Below are positions 41,501 through 49,914 of a stretch of 64,000 nucleotides of DNA, piece after piece; within the stretch, counting starts at the first letter, position 1; each line of letters starts with the position of its first letter. Both the position numbers and the translations under genes were made by a program. The DNA is from an archaeon. Lineage in GTDB: Archaea > Nanobdellota > Nanobdellia > Woesearchaeales > GW2011-AR15. The notes under the pieces were generated by a model, which made no database searches, was not told the DNA's origin, and worked only from the letters and a program-made list of their open reading frames with translations. The DNA is taken from the NCBI GenBank assembly GCA_018657065.1, contig JABHXU010000001.1, positions 4,703-68,702 on the forward strand. Reading direction: 5' to 3'.

Positions 41501-41993
41501 ACATGATGTTCTTTTAATGATGAATGAAATTGAAACAAAAAAGAAAGACTTGTTTATGAATACTTTTGAAGGAATTAATGATAATTTCAAAAAGAAGTTT
41601 GTAACACTTTCCACAAAAGGAGAAGCAACATTAGAATTAGAAGATCCTGAAACAGTTTTTGAAGGAGGACTCAATATTAAAGTTAGGCTTACAGGAAAAA
41701 AGTTTATGGACATTAGATCTCTTTCAGGTGGAGAAAAAACAATGACTGCTTTAGCATTCTTATTTGCAGTTCAAGATCATGAACCTGCACCATTTTATGT
41801 TTTAGATGAAGTTGACGCAGCTTTAGATAAACGTAACGCAGAAACTTTAGCAAGTTTAATTAGACAATATATAGATAAAGCTCAGTATATAGTTATCAGT
41901 CATAATGATGGTGTTATTTCTGAAGCTGATAATTTATATGGTGTGTCCATGAATGAACATGGAATGAGTAAAGTTGTTAGTTTGCGAGTATAA
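38502..41993 (+). CDS. smc: Chromosome segregation protein SMC
   Basis: Walker A GPNGSGKSN, long coiled coils, hinge, signature LSGGEK and Walker B YVLDEVDAALD. Confidence 0.9.
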   Translation: MTRVTKLVMQGFKSFAKKTEIVFGDDFNCILGPNGSGKSNVLDALCFVLGKKSAKSLRAEKSANLIYNGGKTKQAAKQAEVSIYFENHDEEFPVEEKEVKLTRIVKSTGVSTYKINNKTMNRIQVVELLSNARINPDGYNIVLQGDIVRIVEMSPLERRRIIEEIAGINIYEDKKQKALNELNKVEEKLKESDIILAERQAYLRELKKERNQAMKFKELDEKIKRNKATRLHVKINIKEKKKQGIDKDIKAKQESISKVDKEIKELKERIVIIKEDINKINKEIEEKGDKDQIRIQKIIEELRVNVGTNKSRINSIENELTRVAERKAQLQQSYDEINEKIKRLESERITYEKSINQKESQIKQLESKISGFKSKHKLSDSDNIEKEIEDLDKRAEDKLKEIQDYRETQQNLLREKDKFEYQIDSADEKIAKVLSIKKEHQRELENLTKIRQQFKQATLELNTRLNADSEVTAQLSTARSRLLKIKEELAKNRAKQVGMKENSKDIAIQKILESKNRIKGIFGTVSSLGQVNSEYSQALEVAAGGRIKSIVVESDKVASECIKLLKQSRLGVASFLPLNKIRPAVPDPNVSKVLNYPGVQGRAVDLVKFNPKYKNVFSYVFGNTVVVENIGVARKIGVGTLRMVTLDGDLTELSGAMHGGYRKRTSSHGFQEKELVTKIEEYEAQEADLEGIVSDLETKKRDNEERITKLRHEKAELEADIIKIEKSLHLEDSDLDISKNMKKDLKEQIEKVSKELNELQLKISKSNSELAQIKMQKQQLRDKINALKNPRLIAELNTYEQKKTELREEIIRIKSDMKNIEAQIETIMKPEITNTKKILKQHEKEVDTFTEEIKQLKALIKVEEKDLKEKEGMQKEFYSKYKALFKKRDSINEDLNKTEQKQYKKDESRRNIELSLNKISLDNAKITAELEGLLEEFKEYENVPIFKDKDEEKIKREIWEFERMVNNMGAVNMRALEIYDAVEKEYTSVLDKKELLVKERHDVLLMMNEIETKKKDLFMNTFEGINDNFKKKFVTLSTKGEATLELEDPETVFEGGLNIKVRLTGKKFMDIRSLSGGEKTMTALAFLFAVQDHEPAPFYVLDEVDAALDKRNAETLASLIRQYIDKAQYIVISHNDGVISEADNLYGVSMNEHGMSKVVSLRV

Positions 41994-42369
41994 TTGTTTC
42001 TTATTTGTATTTTATTGTTATTTTTTGTTTTAAGAATCAGTTAGAATAGATTTAGAAGTAATAAAAATAAAATTAGTAATTAGAGAAATAAGTAAAGAAA
42101 TGATATTATTTAACGCGATGAGCTATATCGCGCATATTAATATTTTTATTCAATAACACCAATAATTCTACCATTTAAGTCGCGAACAACTAAAGCGCCC
42201 CTTGGTATTTTTGTCTCGTTCAGCATTTGTACACCCCTTTGTTTTCTTTGTCTTTGTTAAATTGAGTCTATCTTAGTATACAAATGTATATACTAATATA
42301 TAAACATTTCGAAACTAAAACATATATTTCAGGTCAATAATAATTGTCAAAAATTTTATAAACAATGAA

Positions 42370-42624
42370 ATGAATTGTTTTTTTATGGTCGAAATAAAGG
42401 TAGATACTTCAAAAGCATCTAGGCAAGACATCAAACGAGCTATTGAGTTTTTAAAAAATTATTTGGATGAACCTTTGACAAATGACACTAATGATATGGA
42501 TGTTCCTGTTGGTGCTATGAATATTTTTGGTTCAGATCCTAGTTCATCTTCAAATGAAAATAAAGAAGAAACTATATCTGAGAAAAAAGATCCAGATCTT
42601 CAAATAAAACCAATATTTTATTAA
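42370..42624 (+). CDS. Hypothetical small acidic protein
   Basis: ORF only. Confidence 0.25.
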   Translation: MNCFFMVEIKVDTSKASRQDIKRAIEFLKNYLDEPLTNDTNDMDVPVGAMNIFGSDPSSSSNENKEETISEKKDPDLQIKPIFY

Positions 42625-42646
42625 CCTTATTTTTTTCTTTTGTTTT

Positions 42647-43054
42647 ATGGATTATATATATCTAGATCATACTGCTGATGCTATGTTTGAAGCATATGGG
42701 AAAACAATGGAAGAAGCATTTTCTAATAGTGCTAAAGCTATGTTTAATATTTTAGTTGATATAAAAAAAGTTAAAAAAGAGCATAAAATTGTGTTTAGTT
42801 TATCAGCTAGTACTCATGAAAAATTATTATTTGATTTTTTATCAGAATTATTGTTTTATTTGGATACTGAATTTCTATTGTTTTCTAAATTTGAAATCAA
42901 AATAACAAAGGGTTTGAAACTTGAATGTGTTGCTTTTGGTGATAAAGCAATAAATTATGAGACAAAAGGAGATGTTAAAGCCATGACTTATAATGAAATG
43001 TCGATCTCTAAGTCTAAAGAAGGGATTAAAATTAGGGCAGTTGTTGATATTTGA
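42647..43054 (+). CDS. Archease (RtcB tRNA-ligase cofactor)
   Basis: N-terminal YLDHTADAMFEAYG archease signature. Confidence 0.8.
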   Translation: MDYIYLDHTADAMFEAYGKTMEEAFSNSAKAMFNILVDIKKVKKEHKIVFSLSASTHEKLLFDFLSELLFYLDTEFLLFSKFEIKITKGLKLECVAFGDKAINYETKGDVKAMTYNEMSISKSKEGIKIRAVVDI

Positions 43055-43140
43055 TTAAATATTTTGTTTAACTTCTAAAATAAAAAACTTTATATATTGT
43101 GATTACATATCTTATTAACAGAAATTTAGAGTAAGACACT

Positions 43141-43440
43141 ATGATAGAACTTGGTGGAAATATAGAACTGATAGGATTTAAGGACTTAGATTCAGCAGAA
43201 TTAATAATTCTAAAGAAGATTATTGGTAATTATGCAAGGAAGTTTTCTGATAATCTTGAAGGATATGAGCAACTTAGTATCAATTTAAAAAAAATTGGTG
43301 GTGAAAAATCTAATAAATTTGAAGTTGATGCAAAATTAATGTCAAATGGAAAACCAATTAATTCTAATGTTACTGAGAATAATGTTTTTGTTAGTGTATC
43401 TGAAGTTTTAAAAAAAGTAGAAAAACAAGTAATAAAATAA
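43141..43440 (+). CDS. Hypothetical protein, possibly a ribosome hibernation factor (RaiA/HPF)-like fold
   Basis: About 100 aa; pattern I.LIG..D...ELI...I...K......L...V..K.....F.V.A.L...G......A...NV..AV.EV.KK...Q resembles HPF. Weak. Confidence 0.3.
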   Translation: MIELGGNIELIGFKDLDSAELIILKKIIGNYARKFSDNLEGYEQLSINLKKIGGEKSNKFEVDAKLMSNGKPINSNVTENNVFVSVSEVLKKVEKQVIK

Positions 43441-43452
43441 ATAATAAAAAAA

Positions 43453-44007
43453 TTAATTAGAAGATTTCTTTTTAGCAACCTTTTTAACAGTTTTTGAAGG
43501 ACTAGATTTTTTGGTTGCAGGTTTAGTTGAAGTTTTTTTAGGTTTTGAGTCTTTTTTCTCTGAAACCTTTTTTGGTTTAGGGGTTTCTGTTTTTACTTCT
43601 TTCTTAATTTCTGTTGGTTTAACTTCTTTTTCTTCAACTTTAGCGTCTTTAGTTTTAGTTTTTTCTTCGGTTTTAGGTTTTGTATCCTTTTTATTTTTTT
43701 TATCTTCTTTTTTAGTTTCTGTTTGTGGATACTTATGACCAAATAATTCAACTGTGACTACGTCATCTTCTTTTATAGCTGTAACTTTAACATGGTGAGG
43801 TGGACTTTTAATTCCTCTTTTCCAAATTTCTTGGTTAACTATTGGTCCTAGCTTAACATTTTCATAATCACATTTCATATGTCTAGCCATGAACTCTTTT
43901 AAAGTTTTAACTGCTTTTTTAGCTCTTTTATAAGAAACTGCTCTTTGAAAACCTCTTCTTAACGGAACATTATAAATTCTTTCTGTTTTTGCCATTTTCA
44001 TCATCAT
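43453..44007 (-). CDS. rpl31e: Ribosomal protein L31e with a ~100-aa K/E/T-rich low-complexity C-terminal extension
   Basis: The N-terminal ~85 aa (ERIYNVPLRRGF...KVTAIKEDDVV) match eL31. Its ATG overlaps the L39e stop (ATGA). Confidence 0.8.
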   Translation of the reverse strand: MMMKMAKTERIYNVPLRRGFQRAVSYKRAKKAVKTLKEFMARHMKCDYENVKLGPIVNQEIWKRGIKSPPHHVKVTAIKEDDVVTVELFGHKYPQTETKKEDKKNKKDTKPKTEEKTKTKDAKVEEKEVKPTEIKKEVKTETPKPKKVSEKKDSKPKKTSTKPATKKSSPSKTVKKVAKKKSSN

Positions 44008-44180
44008 GGTTTAATTCTAGAACCACGCCTCCAGCTTCTTTTAATATGAGTATGTCTACCTGGGTGAACTTTTCGGTTTTTCCCAAATATTTTTGGAACT
44101 GTCCAAAAAGGAGCCCATTTTGTTTGACCTAATTTTTTTGCTAGTCTAATTTTGACAGCAGGTCTTTTCCATTTAGTCAT
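44004..44180 (-). CDS. rpl39e: Ribosomal protein L39e (eL39), 58 aa
   Basis: Hand translation: MTKWKRPAVKIRLAKKLGQTKWAPFWTVPKIFGKNRKVHPGRHTHIKRSWRRGSRIKP. Not in the ORF track (<60 aa). Confidence 0.75.
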   Translation of the reverse strand: MTKWKRPAVKIRLAKKLGQTKWAPFWTVPKIFGKNRKVHPGRHTHIKRSWRRGSRIKP

Positions 44181-44911
44181 TTTTTCTCCTCCTTTTTAGT
44201 TGATTCTTTCTCTTCCATAGCTTCTGGCTTTTTTTCGTCTTTAGTTTCTACTTTTTCTTCTTTAACAGGAGCTTGTTTGTCTGAAACCTTTTTAGGTTTC
44301 TGAGCATTATCAGAAACTTTTGTTTCTGAGATTTTTTCTTCAACTTTAACTTCTTTAGTTTCAGTTTTTATTTCTTTTTTCTCTTTTTTTTCAATTTTAA
44401 GTTCTTTGTCTAAAACCTTTTTAGGTTTTGGAGCATCATCAGAAACTTTTGTTTCCGAGATTTTAGGAGCAACTACTTTTTTGAAAGGGTCTTTTACTTT
44501 AACAACTAATTTGTCAACAAAAGATTTTCCTTTAGGTGTAACTACTCGTCCTTTATGTACACCAACTTGATCTTGTTTAACAAAACCAATGATTTCAAGT
44601 TTTTGAAGAATTTTTCTTAATATGTTTCCACCAGCTTTAACTGTTCGGTCTGGTCTAACTCCTCTGTTTTTTCTTCCACCGTATTTTGTTCTTAATTTTG
44701 AGACACCAATTGGGCCTAATTTATATACCGCTCTTAAAACTGAAGCACTTCTTATATACCACCAATTTTCTTGGCTTGGAGGTCTCATGTTGTGTGGACC
44801 TGTTTTAACAAAAGAAGCCCATTCAGGTGGAGCCATTTCAGGCATTTTCTTTAATTCAACAGCCATAGCTTCGATTAAAGTTCTTGGATGAACATCATAT
44901 ATACTTACCAT
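44177..44911 (-). CDS. rps19e: Ribosomal protein S19e with a ~100-aa repetitive K/E-rich C-terminal extension
   Basis: N-terminal MVSIYDVHPRTLIEAMA...WYIRSASVLRAVY matches eS19. The tail has an internal repeat (KISETKVSD.APKPKKV twice). Confidence 0.85.
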   Translation of the reverse strand: MVSIYDVHPRTLIEAMAVELKKMPEMAPPEWASFVKTGPHNMRPPSQENWWYIRSASVLRAVYKLGPIGVSKLRTKYGGRKNRGVRPDRTVKAGGNILRKILQKLEIIGFVKQDQVGVHKGRVVTPKGKSFVDKLVVKVKDPFKKVVAPKISETKVSDDAPKPKKVLDKELKIEKKEKKEIKTETKEVKVEEKISETKVSDNAQKPKKVSDKQAPVKEEKVETKDEKKPEAMEEKESTKKEEKK

Positions 44912-45044
44912 TTATGTTTACCTCTGTTTTCTTTATGTGACTTTGCAGTCATAGGTTGGGGAACTTTTTTTAGTTCGCCATAAAGAACCTTTATTTAGAA
45001 CAAGGGAAAAAGATATTGTTTATAAAGATTATTGTTTAAAACAA

Positions 45045-46730
45045 TTACATAATTTCAGGAGCGTTTATACTGAGCAAATTTAAACCACTTTTCAAAATTT
45101 CTTTTACGGCAAATACAAGTAGTAATCTTGCTTTTTGTAGATCTAAATCTTCTTGAATGATCTTATATTTATGATAATATAAATTAAATGCTTGGCTTAA
45201 ATCAAGCAAATATCGAGTAATAATATGAGGTTTATATTCTTCACCAGATTTTAAGACAATATTTGGATAATTTTTGAGTAACTTCAAAATTTCTTTTTCT
45301 TCATTAGTTTCTAGTTTAGAAAAATTAACATTTGTAGATATTTTTTCATTTACTTTTTTTAAAACACTACATGCTCTAGCGTGAGTATATTGAATATATG
45401 GTCCTGTTTCTCCTTCAAATGATAATGCTTTGTCATAGTCAAATACAATTTCTTTAACAGAATCTTGATTTAACATTGTAAATTTCATTGCTCCAAATGC
45501 AATGTCTTTAACTATAGAATCTTTTTGTTTTTCAGGCAGATTTCGTGCTTTTATTTGTTTTTCTACTTTTTCTAATAATCTATCTCTAAAATCTTCATAA
45601 AGAATAATATTTCCTAGTCTGGAGGACATTTTTCCGTCTTTAAGTTTAACAACACCATAGGAAACATGTTTAACTTTTTTTGAATCTTTATAATTAATTA
45701 ATTCAAGTGTTTTAAACAATTGTCTAAAGTGATGATCTTGTTCACTTGCAACTACATAGAGAGATAAATCAAATTTATATTCTTTAGATTTTAAATAAGC
45801 TAATGCAATGTCTTTTGTACTATATAATGACGCACCATTACTTTTCAATAATACAAAAACACCTAGTTTATGTTTTTCTAGATCCATAATTATTGCACCT
45901 TCACTAAGCTTTGCCATACCTAATTTTTCTAATTCTTTTACTTTTTTAATTCCTGGTTGTTCAACTTCACTTTCAAAATAAGCTCTGTCAATATGACTGT
46001 CAAGTTCTTTTACAATATTCCAAATATCATCTAAACATAATTTTCTTGTTTCCTTCCATAATTTAACAAGATTTTTATCGCCATCTTCAAGTTTTTTGTG
46101 AATTTCATGAATTTCATTCAAGTATTTTTCATTTTCTTTTGACTTTAATGTAGCTTTCGTATAAATTTGTCCAGACCATTTACTAACATTTGTTTTAGGA
46201 ATTTTTCCCTCATAATATTTTGTAAAATACCAAATCCATTTAGCAACATGAGCTCCAATATCACCCATGTAAGAAGATTTTATAACTTTATTTCCATTAA
46301 ACTCAAAGATTCTAGCTAAAACTTCACCTAAAACAGCGTTTCTAATATGTCCAATGTGAAATGCTTTATGAGTATTAGGTTGCCAACCTTCTAAGAGAAT
46401 TGTTTGAGGTTTTGCTAGATTATTTCCATATTTTTCTTTTTCATTATATATTTTTTCAAGGACTTCTTTAGATAGAATGTCTTTTTTCACAAAGAAGTTA
46501 ATATAGGGACCAATTTGTTTGATTTCACTTATATAATTATTAGGTTGTATTTTTTTAGATATGTCTTTGGCTATTTCAATAGGACTTTTTTTAAGTTCTT
46601 TAGCTAGGATAAAACAAGGAAAGGCATAGTCTCCCATTTTAGAATCAGGTGGAATTTCAATAATATCTTCACTAACAGTAATTTTAGAAGCATTCTTTAT
46701 TAATTTTGAAATTTCATTTTTAAAATTCAT
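45045..46730 (-). CDS. argS: Arginyl-tRNA synthetase
   Basis: Class I HIGH (FHIGHIRN) and KMSK-like (GKMSSRLG) motifs; size and add-1 domain. Confidence 0.9.
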   Translation of the reverse strand: MNFKNEISKLIKNASKITVSEDIIEIPPDSKMGDYAFPCFILAKELKKSPIEIAKDISKKIQPNNYISEIKQIGPYINFFVKKDILSKEVLEKIYNEKEKYGNNLAKPQTILLEGWQPNTHKAFHIGHIRNAVLGEVLARIFEFNGNKVIKSSYMGDIGAHVAKWIWYFTKYYEGKIPKTNVSKWSGQIYTKATLKSKENEKYLNEIHEIHKKLEDGDKNLVKLWKETRKLCLDDIWNIVKELDSHIDRAYFESEVEQPGIKKVKELEKLGMAKLSEGAIIMDLEKHKLGVFVLLKSNGASLYSTKDIALAYLKSKEYKFDLSLYVVASEQDHHFRQLFKTLELINYKDSKKVKHVSYGVVKLKDGKMSSRLGNIILYEDFRDRLLEKVEKQIKARNLPEKQKDSIVKDIAFGAMKFTMLNQDSVKEIVFDYDKALSFEGETGPYIQYTHARACSVLKKVNEKISTNVNFSKLETNEEKEILKLLKNYPNIVLKSGEEYKPHIITRYLLDLSQAFNLYYHKYKIIQEDLDLQKARLLLVFAVKEILKSGLNLLSINAPEIM

Positions 46731-46772
46731 GATAAAGAGAATAATAGTTATAGTTAAAAAAGTTTTTGATAG

Positions 46773-47675
46773 TTAATCAAAAAATTGATGTAATTTTGAA
46801 AATGTTTCTTTAGCTTCCTGTTTATTTTTAACACCAACAACAACTGATTTGATTTGTTTGATGTTTTTTAGAAAACTCATAGATTTGTTTAAGTTAAAAC
46901 CTTTATCAAGAGAAAATGCTTTGTACGCTGTCAGAGGTTTATTTGATTCTTTAATTTTATCAAGAGTATAATCAACACTAGGACATGAAAAATCTTTATT
47001 AATCCAAATCCAATTTCCAGCAACATTAAGTTTTTCAAAACTCAATAAAGAAAGTCCACCACCTTCGCACATTCCAAGAGGAATAAAATTTCTTTGTCTA
47101 ATTAATTCAATTTCTTTTTTTACAATATCTTGTCTTCCTAGGTTGATTAAAGCGCTCGCACATAAATTTCCAACTAAAAAGAAATCACAAAATGATTCAA
47201 ATAGATCTAATTGGAAATTGTATTTATTTTCATCAAGTCTAAAAGATTCAATTTCTGCTTTTGAGAATCTTTTTTTAGTATTAATGTCTTGAAACCATTT
47301 ACATTTATTAATTATACTAGGCCCATAATAAAAAGCTTCAGAAGCTCTTAACCTTTCAATATTTTTTTCTTTATATAATAATTCATCTTTAAAAAAATAA
47401 TGAGAATGCCAATGATGATTAGATATACATATAATATCTGGATGACTTTTTTTAAAATCTTTAAGAATTTTGATTAAAGTAGGATGGGGGGACATACTAA
47501 ATCCTCTAACACCTAATTCATATGCAGTTGAGATTGTTTCAAAATATTCTTTTTCTCTTTTTTTTTCAGAGCTATATTTTTTACATTTACTAAACCATCC
47601 CGTAAAATGGTCTTCACCCATAATTATGGTAGGATAATTTTTTTCTTCTATTTGAATAAATGGAAAGTTCTTCAT
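46773..47675 (-). CDS. Hypothetical protein
   Basis: No motif recognised. Confidence 0.35.
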   Translation of the reverse strand: MKNFPFIQIEEKNYPTIIMGEDHFTGWFSKCKKYSSEKKREKEYFETISTAYELGVRGFSMSPHPTLIKILKDFKKSHPDIICISNHHWHSHYFFKDELLYKEKNIERLRASEAFYYGPSIINKCKWFQDINTKKRFSKAEIESFRLDENKYNFQLDLFESFCDFFLVGNLCASALINLGRQDIVKKEIELIRQRNFIPLGMCEGGGLSLLSFEKLNVAGNWIWINKDFSCPSVDYTLDKIKESNKPLTAYKAFSLDKGFNLNKSMSFLKNIKQIKSVVVGVKNKQEAKETFSKLHQFFD

Positions 47676-47906
47676 AATATATTATGACAAGTTGAAATTT
47701 ATTAACTTTTTGTAACAAAAAACTACTAAAATAAATTTGAAATAAATATATGTATTTGTGGACATAAAAACAGTAAGGTTTATAAACGATAAAAAATTCC
47801 AAAGCGACATGCCTTCCAATTATTCTGCTAGAACTTAAATGATTATGTTACTTGTGGAAACTATGGGAGGATAAGATGTTCAAAGAAATTTGAATATTTA
47901 CATCAT

Positions 47907-47981
47907 GCCCAAGTGGTGTAGCTCGGCCTATCATGAAGCCCTGTCGAGGCTTCGACCCGGGTTCGAATCCCGGCTTGGGCG
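47907..47981 (+). tRNA. tRNA-Asp (GTC)
   Basis: Cloverleaf with anticodon loop CCTGTCG (written CCTGTCGA when the first stem base is included). Confidence 0.85.
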
Positions 47982-48008
47982 CTTTAACCCTTATTCGTAA
48001 GGGTTTAC

Positions 48009-48082
48009 GGGCCGGTAGCTCAGTTTGGTAGAGCACCTGACTTTTAATCAGGTGGTCGCGAGTTCGAATCTCGTCCGGCCCA
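48009..48082 (+). tRNA. tRNA-Lys (TTT)
   Basis: Cloverleaf GGGCCGG...CCGGCCC, anticodon loop CTTTTAA. Confidence 0.85.
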
Positions 48083-48178
48083 TTTATATTTTTAGAATAA
48101 CAACATTGCTCAACTGGTGGGTGTGCAATGTAAGGGACCACTTAAGCGACAAGACAAGCTTTCCCAAATAAACAAAAG

Positions 48179-48436
48179 GTGATCACAATAGCAAAGAAAA
48201 CCCCTGAAGTAGATGTTTCTAAGCATATTCTAGTTCCTAAACATATTAAACTTAATGACAAAGAAAAAGCTAGCTTACTTGAGAAATACAAGATAACTCT
48301 AGAAGAATTACCAAGAATTTTTATTGATGACCCAGCTGTTGCAAATCTGGAATTGACAACTGATGATGTAATATTAGTTAAAAGACCAAGTGAAACTGCT
48401 GGAATAACCGATTTTTATAGGAGAGTTGTAAAATGA
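48179..48436 (+). CDS. rpoH: RNA polymerase subunit H (Rpb5-like)
   Basis: Size, position immediately upstream of rpoB, and conserved C-terminal LVKRPSETAG. Confidence 0.85.
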   Translation: MITIAKKTPEVDVSKHILVPKHIKLNDKEKASLLEKYKITLEELPRIFIDDPAVANLELTTDDVILVKRPSETAGITDFYRRVVK

Positions 48437-49914
48437 ACCCAAGAGATATTTTAATAAAAAAATACTTTGAGAATACTTCATTAGTGAGTTCTGATATTGA
48501 ATCATTTGATAGATTTATAGAATTTGAATTGCAAAAAATTGTTGACGAGAATGGAACAATCTTACCAACAATTATTCCGCACACAATTGATGAATTCAAA
48601 ATTAAATTTGGAAAAATTACCATAGGAAAACCTGAAATAACTGAAGCAGATGGTTCAAAAAGGCCAGTCTATCCAATTGAAGGTAGACTTAGAAAAATAT
48701 CATATGCGGCTCCTCTTTATATTGAAATAAGTGCTCATGTTGATGGTATTCAAAGAGAATCTTTTACAGCTCAAATTGGAAATTTCCCAATAATGTTGAA
48801 ATCTAAATTTTGTCATTTATATGGAAAAACTGAAAAAGAATTAATTGAACTAGGAGAAGATCCTTTTGATCCTGGTGGATATTTTATTGTTAATGGAACT
48901 GAAAAAGTTTTAATTAATGTTGAAGATTTAGCTCCAAATAAAATGCTAGTGGAAAAAAATAATTTAGGTCCAACAAAATTTACTGGAAAACTTTTTAGTG
49001 AACATGGTGCTTATAAAATTCCACATACATTTGAAAAATTAAAAGACGATATTTTTTACTTATCATTTACAAGAGTTAAAAGAGTTCCTTTAGTTGTTAT
49101 TCTTAAAGCATTAGGTATGATTAAAGATGAAGAAATAATGACAACAATCAATTCAGAATTTAAAGATGAAGTCTACATTAATTTATTTGAACATGTAAGT
49201 ATTAAAAGTGAAGAAGAAGCATTAGACTTTGTTGCAAAAAAAATAGGTATTACACAAGCTAAAGAAATAAGAATTGAGAGAATGAAAGAAATTCTTGATA
49301 AATACTTATTGCCTCATTTAGGAACATCAATGGATGATAGGATGTATAAAGCTAAAAATTTATGTAAATTATTAAAAAAATACATTGCAGTTTCAAATGG
49401 AAAAATTGGAAAAGATGATAAAGATCATTATATGAATAAAAGATTAAAATTATCAGGTGTATTATTGTCTGATTTATTCAGAGTTAATTTAAAAGTTTTA
49501 ATTGGAGATTTACTTTACAATTTTCAAAGAATTGTCAAGAGAGGAAAATTTCCTTCAATTAAAGTTATTATTAGAGATAAACTCTTAACCCAAAGAATTT
49601 ATAGTTCAATGGCAACAGGAAATTGGGTAGGAGGAAGAAAAGGTATTGCACAAAGAATGCAACGACTTAACTACTTAGAATCTCTATCACACTTACAAAG
49701 AGTTGTAAGCCCACTTTCTGCAAGTCAAGAGAATTTTGACGCTAGAGCACTTCATAGTACACATTTAGGAAGATTATGTCCTATTGAAACTCCAGAAGGA
49801 ACAAACATAGGACTTAGAAAGAATTTAGCATTATTAACTCAAATTTCACAAGATAAAGAAGAAGATGAAATTGTTAAGATTCTAAAAACATCAGGAGTAA
49901 AACTGGCCAGGTGA
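48433..49914 (+). CDS. rpoB2: RNA polymerase subunit B'' (N-terminal half of split RpoB)
   Basis: Matches the RpoB N-terminal region and is overlap-coupled (ATGA) to rpoB'. Confidence 0.9.
   Translation: MNPRDILIKKYFENTSLVSSDIESFDRFIEFELQKIVDENGTILPTIIPHTIDEFKIKFGKITIGKPEITEADGSKRPVYPIEGRLRKISYAAPLYIEISAHVDGIQRESFTAQIGNFPIMLKSKFCHLYGKTEKELIELGEDPFDPGGYFIVNGTEKVLINVEDLAPNKMLVEKNNLGPTKFTGKLFSEHGAYKIPHTFEKLKDDIFYLSFTRVKRVPLVVILKALGMIKDEEIMTTINSEFKDEVYINLFEHVSIKSEEEALDFVAKKIGITQAKEIRIERMKEILDKYLLPHLGTSMDDRMYKAKNLCKLLKKYIAVSNGKIGKDDKDHYMNKRLKLSGVLLSDLFRVNLKVLIGDLLYNFQRIVKRGKFPSIKVIIRDKLLTQRIYSSMATGNWVGGRKGIAQRMQRLNYLESLSHLQRVVSPLSASQENFDARALHSTHLGRLCPIETPEGTNIGLRKNLALLTQISQDKEEDEIVKILKTSGVKLAR

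Noticed and set aside
41994-42369. C/D-box sRNA in the AT-rich gap (cgatgag as a C box)
   Set aside because: There is no matching D box (CUGA) or C'/D' at a plausible distance, so the single near-match is insufficient.
47848-48141. 97-aa minus-strand ORF
   Set aside because: It overlaps tRNA-Asp and tRNA-Lys(TTT) completely.
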